From Candidatus Rifleibacterium amylolyticum (GTDB lineage: Bacteria; Muiribacteriota; Ozemobacteria; Ozemobacterales; Ozemobacteraceae), in assembly GCA_009917695.1 (NCBI GenBank), contig JAACJG010000011.1, positions 156,997-181,345 on the forward strand: a DNA stretch of 24,349 nucleotides, in the 5' to 3' direction. Below, in pieces: positions 23,015 through 24,349 of this stretch. The translations under genes were made by a program, and so were the position numbers. How positions within the stretch are numbered: position 1 is the stretch's first letter; the number at the start of each line of letters is the position of its first letter. Below the pieces are notes generated by a model, which worked only from the letters and a program-made list of their open reading frames with translations, searched no databases and had not been told where the DNA came from.

Positions 23015-23593
23015 ATGAAAAAAATATCTGTCGCAGTCATAGGTCTTGTTCTGATGTTCGGGTTTACCCAGGTTTATGCTGCCGAAAGCCTGTATGCCGA
23101 TTTCGTCAGGCTGCAAAACGAGTTTCATGAGTGCGAGGATAGCGATCAGGGATTCAATTACGATACCAGAATGGATAAGCTGGCAAATAAGCTGATGTGG
23201 TTGGCTCTTGACAAGAATGATCGCCTCAATTTTGCAGCAAATGCGGTTTACTTCAGCTATGAGGTGACAGAAAATCTCAAAGTGCAAGGGCCTTATGCCG
23301 ATGACACTTTTCATACCTGTGAGTTTCCGCATCTGAGAATACACCTGGCCGGGCTTCACACACTTTACGTCAACTTCGCCGAAAATCGCCGGCCCGAGCA
23401 TCTTGAGTTCTACATTTTCCCGGGCACAGGGCCGGCCAGTGGCGAGCATAAGCCGCAAAAGGTCACTTTAAACGATAAAAATGAGCTGATTCTGGATCCA
23501 TTCGTCCAGAAAAATCTGGCAACCCTCTTTGCCATCGCCAAAAATCCTCAAGACAAATTTTATCGCAAGTATGTCTGGATAGTTGAGTTCTAA
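23015..23593 (+). CDS. Secreted hypothetical protein
   Basis: A GGAGG ribosome-binding site precedes the ATG at 23015. The product starts with the signal peptide MKKISVAVIGLVLMFGFTQVYA. Confidence 0.5.
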   Translation: MKKISVAVIGLVLMFGFTQVYAAESLYADFVRLQNEFHECEDSDQGFNYDTRMDKLANKLMWLALDKNDRLNFAANAVYFSYEVTENLKVQGPYADDTFHTCEFPHLRIHLAGLHTLYVNFAENRRPEHLEFYIFPGTGPASGEHKPQKVTLNDKNELILDPFVQKNLATLFAIAKNPQDKFYRKYVWIVEF

Positions 23594-23604
23594 GAACGCT
23601 GTAT

Positions 23605-24306
23605 TTAAGCGGTATTCAGGCGTTGTTCGATGTAGTTGTTCACGCAGTCGAACAGCTCGTTCACATTCCCGTCTCCGGGAAGATATGAGCGAATGCTGTC
23701 GAGATAGCCGCGTTCTTTGAGGCGGCGCAGAGTCGGCGCGAAATTGACGTCGAAGACCCAGCCGACCTGCAGCAGCTTGAAATCGTTGAGATTCTGCAGG
23801 TCAGCAAAAAGCACGGTTTCGCCGTTCATGATGCGTTCAAAAACGGCTGGTGAAATACCCGGAGTATCAGGCTGGTTCAGTTCAAGGCCCGGATTGATTT
23901 TGCCGGCGGCACGCTCGCGGTAATAATCGGTAACCACCCACCAGATATCGAGTTTATCAGCGTCGCGCAGCAGTCGTTGATGCAGGCGCACACTTTCATC
24001 ATCTTCATCAGGCAGCTCAAGCATGTTGTGACTGGAAATGCTTTTGATTATCAGTTCCTGCTCAAAAATGCCAAGACGGCTGAGAACGTCATTCTTGATC
24101 AGCACTCCAACTCCGAATGCCGCATGATTGAACGATCTTTTGTCAGAAAACGTGCGATGTCGGGCGAACTGCTCGAACCTGCCGATATCATGAAACAGGG
24201 CCGCAATCTCGGCAAGGCGCAGGTCATTATATATTCACCTTGTGGTGAATATATGTGCTGCATGTCCATGAACATTGATTTGTAAGGAGCTTTCTACCGA
24301 TAAGCT
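23605..24306 (-). pseudogene. HD-domain phosphohydrolase gene interrupted by an in-frame TGA (plus strand 24235-24237)
   Basis: The minus-strand frame reads ...NVHGHAAHIFTTR-stop-IYNDLRLAEIAALFHDIGRFEQFARH...DADKLD..., containing the H...HD...D metal-binding motifs. Upstream of the TGA there is no start codon before the next stop at 24307-24309. The longest startable ORF (GTG at 24105) lacks the HD motif. Confidence 0.5.
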
Positions 24307-24349
24307 TCAGGTAGAAAGAAGGAAGGTGAATAAGCTAATCTCGGTCATT

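Noticed and set aside
1-24349. CRISPR arrays, rRNA genes, tRNA genes, transposase or integrase genes
   Set aside because: No regularly spaced short repeats, no rRNA- or tRNA-like segments and no ORF with transposase or recombinase motifs were seen. The mobility signatures are limited to repeats, hairpins and toxin-antitoxin cassettes.

Overview
This window reads as a bacterial chromosomal segment with about 52% GC overall and strong local GC variation, carrying roughly 30 protein-coding genes. I found no rRNA, tRNA or CRISPR array.

Three blocks stand out:

(1) 1-7161: a secretion or pilus-like cluster. It holds prepilin-type pseudopilins, a protein with a C-terminal J domain, two small membrane proteins, two secreted proteins that together carry three secretin-N (STN/N0)-like domains but no secretin pore domain, and a cell-wall amidase.

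(2) 7177-15475: an accessory or defence-type island. It contains:
- a DinJ-YafQ toxin-antitoxin pair with an operator palindrome;
- a 1.9-kb segment bracketed by a 30-bp direct repeat, carrying an ankyrin-like gene, a 94-nt imperfect hairpin, a frameshifted HicB-like antitoxin remnant and an apparently leaderless higBA pair;
- a TfoX_N-only protein;
- a sharply AT-rich three-gene cassette of a small unknown protein, an HNH_2-type endonuclease and a frameshifted TPR protein;
- an AAA/DUF4143 ATPase with an operator-like repeat upstream.

(3) 15545-24349. It holds an orphan GspF/PilC-like platform protein, a LolA-like protein with two FtsX permeases and an ABC ATPase followed by a putative outer-membrane barrel, an FmdE-family zinc-ribbon protein, a secreted protein and an HD-domain phosphohydrolase pseudogene.

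The most promising candidates for an undescribed system are the secretin-less pseudopilin/STN/amidase cluster and the AT-rich small-protein/HNH/TPR cassette inside the toxin-antitoxin-rich island.
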